64,000 bases of DNA. It comes from an uncultured Chloroflexia bacterium. Its GTDB lineage: Bacteria; Chloroflexota; Limnocylindria; Limnocylindrales; CSP1-4. How positions within the stretch are numbered: the first letter of the stretch is position 1; every line of letters starts with the position of its first letter. A program made the translations under genes and the position numbers. Under the pieces are notes generated by a model. The model worked only from the letters and a program-made list of their open reading frames with translations. It searched no databases and had not been told where the DNA came from. Shown here in pieces: positions 20,910 to 29,389 of this stretch. The stretch covers positions 608,001 through 672,000 of the forward strand of contig CAVRGP010000011.1 of assembly GCA_963720755.1 (NCBI GenBank), in the 5' to 3' direction.

Positions 20910-21806
20910 TCAGCGAGTCGACGTGTTGCCGGGCTGCCCAGGTTCAGGGTCCCCGAACGCACCCGGCTCCGGTCCCGTGGCGATGGGCATGCCGGCCTGC
21001 GTCCAATCGGAGTAGGAACCGGGGTAGAGGATCGGATCCGGCAATCCGGCCAGCCGCATCACGAGGCTGTTGAAGCAGGCATTCACGCCACTGCCGCACG
21101 AGGTCACGACCGGGCCCCTCGACCCGTCCGCGCCGGCCGCCGCGAACCGCGCCGTCACGTCGGTGGCCCCGAGGATCCGGCCGTCGGGATCGAGGCTGTC
21201 CGCGGTCGGCACGTTGATGGCTGTCGGGATGTGGCCCGGGACGCGGTCGATCGGTTCGGTCTCCCCGAGGTAGCGCGGCCCGGCCCGCGCGTCGAGCAGG
21301 ACGACCGATCCAAGCTTCGCGGCGAGCTCGTCGCGGTCGATGACGTTCGACCAGTGGTCGCGGAGGTGGAGATGCCCGCGCGGCCGAGGCGTCGCTGCTT
21401 CGATGCTCATCGGCAGGCCGGCCGCCAGCCAGCCCTGGATCCCGCCATCGAGTACCGCGACACGGTCGTGCCCGAGGTCGTCGAGCATCCACCACAGGCG
21501 GGCCGCGATCGTGCCGCCGCTGTCGTCATACGCGACGACCGTGTCCTCGCTGCCGATCCCGGAGGTCTCGAGGCGATCGCGGAACGCCGCCGGGGTCGGC
21601 AGGGGATGGCGACCCGGTCCGGTGGGGGCAGCAAGATCGATATCCACATCCAGGAAGATGGCGCCCGGCAGGTGACCGGCGTCGTAGGCCGCTCGACCGC
21701 CGCCCGGGGTCCCCAGGACCCAGCGGACATCGACGAGTCGAACGTCGTCTCGCCCAAGCTCGGCAGACAGGGCACCGGGCGAGATGATCGGGGAGCGCGT
21801 CCTCAT
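20910..21806 (-). CDS. Tandem-rhodanese sulfurtransferase (SseA-like)
   Basis: GHLPGA, GRHPLP, CGSGVNAC active loop, LYPGSYSDW. Confidence 0.9.
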   Translation of the reverse strand: MRTRSPIISPGALSAELGRDDVRLVDVRWVLGTPGGGRAAYDAGHLPGAIFLDVDIDLAAPTGPGRHPLPTPAAFRDRLETSGIGSEDTVVAYDDSGGTIAARLWWMLDDLGHDRVAVLDGGIQGWLAAGLPMSIEAATPRPRGHLHLRDHWSNVIDRDELAAKLGSVVLLDARAGPRYLGETEPIDRVPGHIPTAINVPTADSLDPDGRILGATDVTARFAAAGADGSRGPVVTSCGSGVNACFNSLVMRLAGLPDPILYPGSYSDWTQAGMPIATGPEPGAFGDPEPGQPGNTSTR

Positions 21807-21947
21807 GGGACCTCGAGTATGAACGACCCTTGGCCGCTCGATCTGGCCGGACCTTCAGGATGCCGTGCTATCCTTTCGCGCGGCGTCCGACAGGGGCGCC
21901 CGCGACGCCCGCGATCCGGCCAGGTCCGCGATCGGGCGCCTCTCCGC

Positions 21948-22022
21948 TCCGGCGTAGCTCAGTGGTAGAGCGGGCGGCTGTTAACCGCTTGGTCGTAGGT
22001 TCGAGTCCTACCGCCGGAGCCA
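21948..22022 (+). tRNA. tRNA-Asn(GTT)
   Basis: TCCGGCG acceptor stem, AGTGGTAGAGC D-arm, CTGTTAA anticodon loop, GGTTCGAGTCC T-arm, encoded CCA. Confidence 0.97.
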
Positions 22023-22077
22023 ACTTCTCCTCGTGGATCGTCATTCCCGGTCGCGCGAACCGTGCGAGACTTCGTCG

Positions 22078-23241
22078 ATGGCCACTGAGCCGGCGTGTCT
22101 TCTGATCGCCGATATCTCCGGGTACACGGGCTACCTCGCTGCGGTCGAGCTCGATCATGCCCAGGACATCCTCACCGACCTGATGGGGACCATCGTCAGT
22201 GCCCTGCGACCCGGTCTACGGCTCGCAAAACTCGAGGGTGATGCGGCGTTCATGTACGCGATCACCGACAAGCTCGACGGATCGCTGCTCCTCGACACGA
22301 TCGAGCGGTGCTACTTCGGCTTCCGACGGCGACGCCGCGACGTTCGCCAGGCGACGTCGTGCGAATGCAATGCCTGTGTCCGGATCCCGGATCTCAACTT
22401 GAAGTTCGTCGTGCATCACGGGACGGTCCTGCGACAGCGCATCGCCGGCCGCGACGAGCTGCTCGGGACGGACGTGATCGTCGCGCACCGCCTGCTCAAG
22501 AACGAGGTGGTTGCGAGCACAGGGATCGAGGCGTACGCCCTGTTCAGCCAGGCCTGCGTCGACGCGATGGATCTGGACGTGTCCGTACTCGGTATGCGGT
22601 TGACCAGCGAGACGTACGAGCACATCGGCAACGTGTCGGTCTGGGTCCACGATCTGGAACTGCGCTGGCAGGAGGAAGAGGCGCGCACCCGGGTCTTTGT
22701 CGATCGTGATGAGGCCGTCTACGAGGCGGAAGCGCCGACGTCGGCCCCGCCACAGGTCGCCTGGGAATTTGTGACCACGCCGGGGCGGCGCGTCTCCTGG
22801 CAGCTCGGGGTCACCGGGGTGGAGGTGATCGCCCCCGGGAACCGCCGTGGCGTGGGCGCCACGAACCACTGCGCGCACGGCGAGGGTGTGAGCATCGAGG
22901 AGCTGCTCGATTGGCGCCCACACGACTACTTCACCTTTCGCAATACGGTCCCCACGCCGATGGGTCCGGTCACCTTCCTGGTCACGACGGAGTTCGAGCC
23001 GACGCCGGGAGGGACCATCATCCACGAACGGTTCGCGCCGCCCGCGACCCCGAAAGAGCGGGACGTGATGGACCAGATGGCGGGCTGGATCGATGAGGCG
23101 ATGCGGACCAGCACCGACCGCCTCATGGAGCAGATCGACCAGGAGCTTGAACGCCGCCGGTCGGACGCTCCCGAAGAGCCGGATCTGCCACAGCCCCGCC
23201 GGGACGGCGTGCTGGCCGGCCTGTCAGCCGGCGACGCCTAA
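22078..23241 (+). CDS. DUF2652 (class III cyclase-like) + SRPBCC domain protein
   Basis: IADISGYT, KLEGDA, CECNAC, KFVVHHG, HRLLKN; C-terminal SRPBCC-like APPQVAWEF..W. Confidence 0.75.
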   Translation: MATEPACLLIADISGYTGYLAAVELDHAQDILTDLMGTIVSALRPGLRLAKLEGDAAFMYAITDKLDGSLLLDTIERCYFGFRRRRRDVRQATSCECNACVRIPDLNLKFVVHHGTVLRQRIAGRDELLGTDVIVAHRLLKNEVVASTGIEAYALFSQACVDAMDLDVSVLGMRLTSETYEHIGNVSVWVHDLELRWQEEEARTRVFVDRDEAVYEAEAPTSAPPQVAWEFVTTPGRRVSWQLGVTGVEVIAPGNRRGVGATNHCAHGEGVSIEELLDWRPHDYFTFRNTVPTPMGPVTFLVTTEFEPTPGGTIIHERFAPPATPKERDVMDQMAGWIDEAMRTSTDRLMEQIDQELERRRSDAPEEPDLPQPRRDGVLAGLSAGDA

Positions 23242-23300
23242 GCTCGACGACGCATACGCTCGACCGAGCGGACATCCCAAGCGATCGAGCGCGGATCCCG

Positions 23301-23927
23301 TCAGCGCGCGGCGGTCGGGACCGGAGGCTGGCTGTAGCCGCGTTCGGCGATCTCGCCGGCGCGCGCACGATAGGCCTCGGGGCTCGGTGCCGTCTGGGCG
23401 CGGAGCCCATCGACCATCCGGTTATACATCGAGAAGGCCGCCGCGATCAGCACCGCGAGCTGGACATCGGCATCGGTCGCGCCCGCGTCGACGGCGGCAG
23501 CCACATCGTCCGTGGTCAGATCGCGCGGTTCTCGCTGCACGGTTCGCGCGACATGAAGGAGCGCACGCATCTTGGCGTCGAACCCCTCCGACGAGCCGAC
23601 CTTGATCACGTCGATGAGGGGGGTTCGCTCGGTCGCGCCGGTCCGTTCGAGCAGGGCCGTCGCGAACGCGCCATGCGAATCCATGCAGAAGAAACAGTCG
23701 TTGGCCGCCGACACCGCGGTCGCGAGCATCTCCCGCTCGGCGCGTTCGAGCGTGGCGCCCGGAAAGTCCTTGACCAGCAGTTCGTCGGCCAGGCCCCGCA
23801 GATGGGTGCCGAGACCAGGCGTCAATCGCATCGCCACGTTGATCCCGGGGGCGTCGGGCAAGCTGCCCACGATCGGGGCTTCCTGGGAGCGGGTCAGGCG
23901 CTCTTCGTCACGTGCCATGGTGGCCAT
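23301..23927 (-). CDS. AhpD/carboxymuconolactone decarboxylase-family peroxidase-like protein
   Basis: EREMLATAVS..NDCFFCMDSH, FSMYNRMVDGL. Confidence 0.85.
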   Translation of the reverse strand: MATMARDEERLTRSQEAPIVGSLPDAPGINVAMRLTPGLGTHLRGLADELLVKDFPGATLERAEREMLATAVSAANDCFFCMDSHGAFATALLERTGATERTPLIDVIKVGSSEGFDAKMRALLHVARTVQREPRDLTTDDVAAAVDAGATDADVQLAVLIAAAFSMYNRMVDGLRAQTAPSPEAYRARAGEIAERGYSQPPVPTAAR

Positions 23928-23986
23928 CTCCTGTCGTACTTCGAGCGTGCCGGACCAGTATGGCGCACAACCGGACGCCGGGCCGT

Positions 23987-25591
23987 TCAGCCGCCGGACC
24001 CCGGTGGCAGGACCGCGACATTGAGCCAGCGATCCCCGGTGGCGCGGCGCAACGCGAAGGTGAGATCGAACGGGATCTTCCGGCTCGACTGGAGCGTTCC
24101 CGATGCGTCGTAGGTCTCCTGGGTCAGCGTTCCCTTGGAGGCGAATCCGAGGCTGAGGCCATCCTGCTTCCCGAACGGGACGAGCAGGGAAACGTCCATC
24201 GAATCGAACTGGTAGCGGGCGATGACGGTGGTGCCGGTCTCGATGGCCCGTTGAAGTCGATCCTGCATCTCCGCCAGGCGGTCGCCGTGATCGACCGCGG
24301 TCAGGATCTGCGGATCGTGCCGAAGCAACGCCTGGTTCTCCAGCTCGAGGTTCTCGGCCAGCGTGAGCACGATCGCCTGCATCCCCGGACCCGCGATCTC
24401 ATGGTCCCAGTCGGCGACACCCTGGTCGACGGTGATGGTCGGGAACGTCGACGGATCGAGGTTGTGCGGGACGCGCTCGAGGATCGCGGCGGTGTCGACG
24501 GCGGCGACACCGCGGGCCGGGGTACCGGCCGCGACGATGCCGACACCGACCATCAGCACGGCGGCGCCGACGATGCCGACCCGCAGCGCTGCGCGGACGA
24601 TGCCGGCCCCGGCGCCAGCGCTTGCCCGGCCGATCGTCCATCCGGTGGCGAACCGACGGATGTCGTCCGCTGCGGATCGAGGTTCGGGCAGCAGCCGGTC
24701 CAGGATCGGCCGAGCGGCGCACACGACGATCAGGCCGGCCAGCAGCCCGACCTTGGCGCCGTACTCGTCGGTCTGCGGTGCCATCAGGAGCGTGCTGGCG
24801 ACGGCGACGAGGATGCCGAACACGATCCGGCCGACGCGCCCGGCCGGGACGGTCTTCGGGTCCGTGATCATGAAGAACAGGAAGATCAGGACCTCCGGTG
24901 AGATGATGATCACCCGCCAGAAGTCGAACCCGCAGACCGGGGCGAACGCCCAGCGGGCGGTCATGCAATGGCCCGAGCCCGCCAGGATCCCGACCCCGAT
25001 CGCGAGCGCGACCCAGAACGTCGCCGCCAGGGCCAGGAGGTGCAGGCGCCTGGTGATGAGCAGGCCGCCGGTGATGATCCAGGCATACGCGGCGATCATC
25101 CAGGGGTCGCTCAGCGGGGCCCACCAGAAATCCAGTGGCTCGACCCGTGAACTGCCGAGGACGACGAACGCGACGACCAGTCCGAGGTTGGACGGGTTGA
25201 AGACGTGGGAGCCGCGGTAGCGGATGAGATATTTGGTCAGGAGTGAGAAGCCCGCGACCCCAGCGAACACGTACCACCCATAGGTGGTCCAGTGGTCATC
25301 GAGAGGCGTTCCCACCACCCGCAGGATGAGCGCGACGCCGCTGCCGGTGAGCATCGCACTGGCGGGCCACACGAACGACCGGGTCTGGCGAAAGGTGATC
25401 GCGACCTCGATGACGGCGCAGGTCAGGATGGCCGCGAGGATCTGCGGCACGCTGACCTCGAAACCCAGGCCGACCTGCCCGAGGATATGGATGGTGATGA
25501 TGACCGCCGCGACGTGGAGGCGGGGATCGCGGATGTTCGGCAGGATCAGCGGATACTGGCTGGCCCCGAACGTGACCGACCGGCTAGTCAC
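23987..25591 (-). CDS. RnfD/NqrB-like (UnbU-like) membrane protein with C-terminal extracytoplasmic domain
   Basis: RDPRLH, SAMLTG, KYLIR..HVFNPSN, FFMITDPKT motifs. Confidence 0.7.
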   Translation of the reverse strand: MTSRSVTFGASQYPLILPNIRDPRLHVAAVIITIHILGQVGLGFEVSVPQILAAILTCAVIEVAITFRQTRSFVWPASAMLTGSGVALILRVVGTPLDDHWTTYGWYVFAGVAGFSLLTKYLIRYRGSHVFNPSNLGLVVAFVVLGSSRVEPLDFWWAPLSDPWMIAAYAWIITGGLLITRRLHLLALAATFWVALAIGVGILAGSGHCMTARWAFAPVCGFDFWRVIIISPEVLIFLFFMITDPKTVPAGRVGRIVFGILVAVASTLLMAPQTDEYGAKVGLLAGLIVVCAARPILDRLLPEPRSAADDIRRFATGWTIGRASAGAGAGIVRAALRVGIVGAAVLMVGVGIVAAGTPARGVAAVDTAAILERVPHNLDPSTFPTITVDQGVADWDHEIAGPGMQAIVLTLAENLELENQALLRHDPQILTAVDHGDRLAEMQDRLQRAIETGTTVIARYQFDSMDVSLLVPFGKQDGLSLGFASKGTLTQETYDASGTLQSSRKIPFDLTFALRRATGDRWLNVAVLPPGSGG

Positions 25592-25600
25592 ATCGGTTCG

Positions 25601-25633
25601 GAGTCGCGAAACCGCTCAGAGTCGCGAAACCGC
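25601..25633. repeat. Tandem 15-bp direct repeat GAGTCGCGAAACCGC (18-bp period)
   Basis: Exact copies at 25601-25615 and 25619-25633; degenerate third copy follows. Confidence 0.8.
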
Positions 25634-25651
25634 GCGCGGACGAAACCCGCC

Positions 25652-26329
25652 TCAGACCTGACCATCGCCGAAGTGTAGCCGGACCCGTGATTCCGGCTCC
25701 TCGGTCGTCCCCACCGGTCGGTCGCAGGTCACGTTCCAGGTCTCGACGACTCGTTCGGCCCGGTCCCATCCCAGGATGGATATCGTCGCCGTGCCCAGCG
25801 CGAACATGCCGCCCGACGTCGGCGGCAGGTCGAGCCAGCGCGCCGCCAGGATCCGCAGCAGGTGTCCATGCGCGAACACGAGCACGTCGCCGTCGACCTT
25901 GTCGATCCGTGCGAGGACCCGGTCGGCCCGAGCACCGACCTCGTCGATGGTCTCGCCACCGGGCCACGGTCCACGCCAGATCGCCCAATCCGGGTGGCGC
26001 TGTCGGATCTCAGCCGTGGTCAGCCCTTCCAGGTCACCGTAATCCCACTCCTGGAGATCCGGATCGGCCACCACGTCCGCTGTCGGGACCGCGATGGCCG
26101 CGGTATCCCGTGCACGCAGCAACGGACTGCTCAGGATCTCCGCGAAGGCGTGCCCGGACAACCGATCGCCGAGGGCCCGTGCCTGCGCCCGTCCGATCTC
26201 GGTCAACGGCACATCCGTCCGGCCGGTGTGGCGCCCGGTGCGGGCCCATTCGGTCTCCCCGTGGCGCACGAGCCAGAGCTGCCGGGGGCGTGGCGCCGGC
26301 TCGTCGTCGTCCGGTCGGTCGCCGGTCAT
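25652..26329 (-). CDS. Histidine phosphatase family protein
   Basis: RHGETEW, SSPLLRA, EWDYG, FAHGH. Confidence 0.9.
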   Translation of the reverse strand: MTGDRPDDDEPAPRPRQLWLVRHGETEWARTGRHTGRTDVPLTEIGRAQARALGDRLSGHAFAEILSSPLLRARDTAAIAVPTADVVADPDLQEWDYGDLEGLTTAEIRQRHPDWAIWRGPWPGGETIDEVGARADRVLARIDKVDGDVLVFAHGHLLRILAARWLDLPPTSGGMFALGTATISILGWDRAERVVETWNVTCDRPVGTTEEPESRVRLHFGDGQV

Positions 26330-26904
26330 CCGGGGGACCGGAGGTCCGTGTCCGGGCGGGCCAGGTCTGCGGCGTCCGCGGCGAAGAATTCGCGTGCCTG
26401 CCAGCCGAACACGGGTGCCAGGAGCAATCCCGGCAGCTGGATGATCCGCGTGTTGTAGCGGTAGACCTGGTCGTTGTAGAGCTCCCGCCGGTCCGCGATC
26501 ATGCCTTCCAGCCGCTCGATCTCGTCCTGCAGGTCCAGGACATTGGCCGCCGACTTGATCTCCGGATAGCGCTCGACCACGGCGAAGAGCGAGCGGACGG
26601 CGGCCGTGGTCGCCTCGGACGTCGCCGCCTGGTCGTGGATCGGCGCATTCGGCGCGTAGGCCGCCCGGGCCTCGGTGACCCGGACCAGGACGTCGCGCTC
26701 GTAGGCCATCAGGTCCCGGACGGCGGCGACCAGGTTCGGAAGCTGGTCATGGCGCTGGCGGAGGACGACGCCGATATTCGACCAGGCCTTGTCGATCCGC
26801 TGCCGGAGATCGACGACGGCGTTGTAGGTGACCAGCGCGACATAGCCGACGACGACCACCACCAGGCTGACGGCGAAGATCGCAGCGACCCCAGCCGGGC
26901 TCAC
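26326..26904 (-). CDS. lemA: LemA family protein
   Basis: N-terminal TM, YN..V..AWSNI..QRHD, ERYPEIK, RELYND. Confidence 0.9.
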   Translation of the reverse strand: MSPAGVAAIFAVSLVVVVVGYVALVTYNAVVDLRQRIDKAWSNIGVVLRQRHDQLPNLVAAVRDLMAYERDVLVRVTEARAAYAPNAPIHDQAATSEATTAAVRSLFAVVERYPEIKSAANVLDLQDEIERLEGMIADRRELYNDQVYRYNTRIIQLPGLLLAPVFGWQAREFFAADAADLARPDTDLRSPG

Positions 26905-27968
26905 GCCGCCATCCGTTCGCTCAGGCTGAGGGCGAGGACCATCGCAGAGGCGATCGCGAGCACCGCCCCGAGCAGCCCGACGAGGAAGGTCGTCTGGCTG
27001 CGCCCGACGACCGCACCGGGAGCCCCGTGGGCGATCAGGAGGGGCACCTCGGCGGACGCCGCCACGACCAGCGTTTCGGGTTCGATCTCGAATGTCCGTT
27101 CGGCTTCGGCCGCCTGAGCCGGGGTGGCCAACGACATCGGGCGGGCAGACGGGTCGATGACGGGTGCGGTGACCGGCCGGCCGATGCCGAACCCCGGGAT
27201 CGCCGCGTTCCCCCAGGCAGTTTCGGCATCCCGGGCCAGCGTGCCCGCCGCGCGGGCGGCCGCCAGGTCCGCGGCGATCTCCGGGTCGTCCAGGAGAGGG
27301 TCGGACCCGGAACCGATGTCGGCCGAGGTCGGATCGGCCAGGTCGGAGAAGGGGAGGGCCCGCCCGATGATGGTGACGGCATCGCCGGGCTCCAGGCGAG
27401 ACTCCCGGTAGTGGTGCCGGTCGTGCCGTTCCCTGGAGGACAGGCCGAAGTCCGGGGGCGCTTCGTCGTGGACCCGGAGCAGCGCGGCGATCGCCAGGTC
27501 GCGATCGAGTTCGCCGACCTGGGTCGAGCCCCCGCGCCGGATGGCCAGGCCCGTCGGTTCATCGCCGCTGATGCTCGTCTCCGCCTCGTAGCGGACCGGG
27601 GCATCGAACCGGGCGCCACGCGGGAACACGCGGAGGCTGCCCGTCTCGTCGCGGATCCGAAAGCCGATCGATCGTTCTTCCGCGTAGGCGGGGTTGTCCC
27701 CCAGGCCCTCGAAGCGAGCATCGATCGTCGAGCGGTAGTACACGCACGGCATGCTCTGGAGGAGCGACACGAGGGTCATCTCGGCCGGCTCGATGACACC
27801 GCTGACCCGGACCTCGCCGGCCGCCAGTGACCCGATCCTCGATGTGGAGATCCCCGACACGCGGACGAGTCCGCGGTAGCCGGCCATGCCCCGGGCCAGG
27901 ACGAACAGGCCCGCCGCCACGCCCACGCCGGCCAGGATGGTGATGTTCGGGTCGGCGAACGAGTCCAC
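26901..27968 (-). CDS. GIDE-domain-like membrane protein
   Basis: TM at both ends, TSRIGSL..GEV.VSG, PCVYY, FRIRDETG, ESRLEPGD.VTIIG; coupled to lemA. Confidence 0.65.
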   Translation of the reverse strand: MDSFADPNITILAGVGVAAGLFVLARGMAGYRGLVRVSGISTSRIGSLAAGEVRVSGVIEPAEMTLVSLLQSMPCVYYRSTIDARFEGLGDNPAYAEERSIGFRIRDETGSLRVFPRGARFDAPVRYEAETSISGDEPTGLAIRRGGSTQVGELDRDLAIAALLRVHDEAPPDFGLSSRERHDRHHYRESRLEPGDAVTIIGRALPFSDLADPTSADIGSGSDPLLDDPEIAADLAAARAAGTLARDAETAWGNAAIPGFGIGRPVTAPVIDPSARPMSLATPAQAAEAERTFEIEPETLVVAASAEVPLLIAHGAPGAVVGRSQTTFLVGLLGAVLAIASAMVLALSLSERMAA

Positions 27969-27991
27969 CCGCCCATCCTACGTGACGGCCA

Positions 27992-29389
27992 TCAGGCCAG
28001 GGTCACGACCAGGTTCGGGCGGAGCAGGAACGGCGGCAGGCACGCCGGGATGTTCGAGAATGGCAGGACGTCCGGATGCAACTCGATCCCGAGGACCTTG
28101 GCCATGAACCGCCGCCGGGCCTCGATGCGAGCCCATGCCCCTGGATAGCGAACTGCGAGTAGCGCCCGGAGCGTCTCGTCGGCCAGCGCGATCCCGTCCT
28201 CGATGTTGGTCGTGAAGTAGGGCGTGCCGGTCGCCGGGATGATGTCGACCTGGAGGGCCATCCCGGACCGCAACTCGATCGCGGAGCCCGGTCCCACGGG
28301 CGAATTGACCCACTCGTCCAGATGGAGCTGGTGTCCGGGGTTGAGGAAGATCCCGAAGAACGGATCGCCAAGGTGGCGGTCGATGATCGCCTGGAGCGCC
28401 CCACCCGTCTGCCCGATATGGAGTGCCTCGTACCAGTCGGCGACCGCGCTGAAATACGGACCCACGAGTCGGTCGACATAGTCGCGGATCGGTGGCGGCA
28501 TCTCGGCCGCCTCCTCGACCACGAAGCCGGCGCGACAGGTCAGGGCACCCCAGATCCCGAACGCCACGGTGAAGGGGTCCCCGCGCTCGATGACCCGATC
28601 CCCGGGGCTGAGCAGGCCGAGCGCGGCCCGCGGCCCCGCCGTCAGCATCAGATGGCACGACAGCGGTGTCCCGTCCCAGCCGAGCCATCGCACGGCCTCC
28701 GACTCGCGCATCCCCGGTCGCAGGTCCCGGAGCAATCGGGACACCCCTGACGAGGTCTGGCACGATGCGAATTCGAATGCGGCCAACTGGTCGACATCGT
28801 TGATGACCCGAAGACCGTCGGCGGCGTCGATCATGAGATCGCCGGCATTCTCGACCAGGCCCGTGCCGCCGACGAGCTCGCGGAGTGCATCGACGATGAA
28901 GGCCGGCGCCTCCATCGTGGCCCGCGTCGCGTAGGTCTTCCAGCCGATGACCCCGACTCGGCTGCCGCGTTCGATGCCCTGGTCGCCGAGGATCTCCTGA
29001 AGGGGTCGGGATCGGTCCCGCGGCTGACCCGGCAGGCTGAAGTCCTGGAACCGGTATCGCTCCATCGGCAGCGGGGCGGCGTCGGCCATCCCCCAGCACT
29101 CATTGCCCACGAGCAGGCCCGGCCGGCCCGTCCAGCCAAGCACGAGCAGCGCCTCCTCGAACCGGGGATCGAACCCGGACAGGAACGACAGGTTCGCACT
29201 GTGCTCGCGATCCGCGTAGACGAGGAGATGGTCGTAGCCACGCTCCTCCGCCCGGGCGCGCAGGGCCTCCACCCTCGCCGCGTACGTCGCGGTCGGCAGT
29301 TCGGGCCGGATCTCCGGCAGGCCGAACTCCGGCAGCTCGACTTCGGCCAGGTGGACCGCCTGCGATGCCGTCCGTCGGGTCGCGCTCAC
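27992..29389 (-). CDS. M24 (Xaa-Pro aminopeptidase-like) protein; in-frame fused to upstream ORF in this sequence
   Basis: YADREH..FLSGFDPRFEE, NPGHQLHLDEW, IEDG; probable native GTG start at 29389. Confidence 0.65.
   Translation of the reverse strand: MSATRRTASQAVHLAEVELPEFGLPEIRPELPTATYAARVEALRARAEERGYDHLLVYADREHSANLSFLSGFDPRFEEALLVLGWTGRPGLLVGNECWGMADAAPLPMERYRFQDFSLPGQPRDRSRPLQEILGDQGIERGSRVGVIGWKTYATRATMEAPAFIVDALRELVGGTGLVENAGDLMIDAADGLRVINDVDQLAAFEFASCQTSSGVSRLLRDLRPGMRESEAVRWLGWDGTPLSCHLMLTAGPRAALGLLSPGDRVIERGDPFTVAFGIWGALTCRAGFVVEEAAEMPPPIRDYVDRLVGPYFSAVADWYEALHIGQTGGALQAIIDRHLGDPFFGIFLNPGHQLHLDEWVNSPVGPGSAIELRSGMALQVDIIPATGTPYFTTNIEDGIALADETLRALLAVRYPGAWARIEARRRFMAKVLGIELHPDVLPFSNIPACLPPFLLRPNLVVTLA

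Noticed and set aside
25601-25656. Mini CRISPR array
   Set aside because: Repeat is 15 bp with a 3-bp spacer; no cas genes
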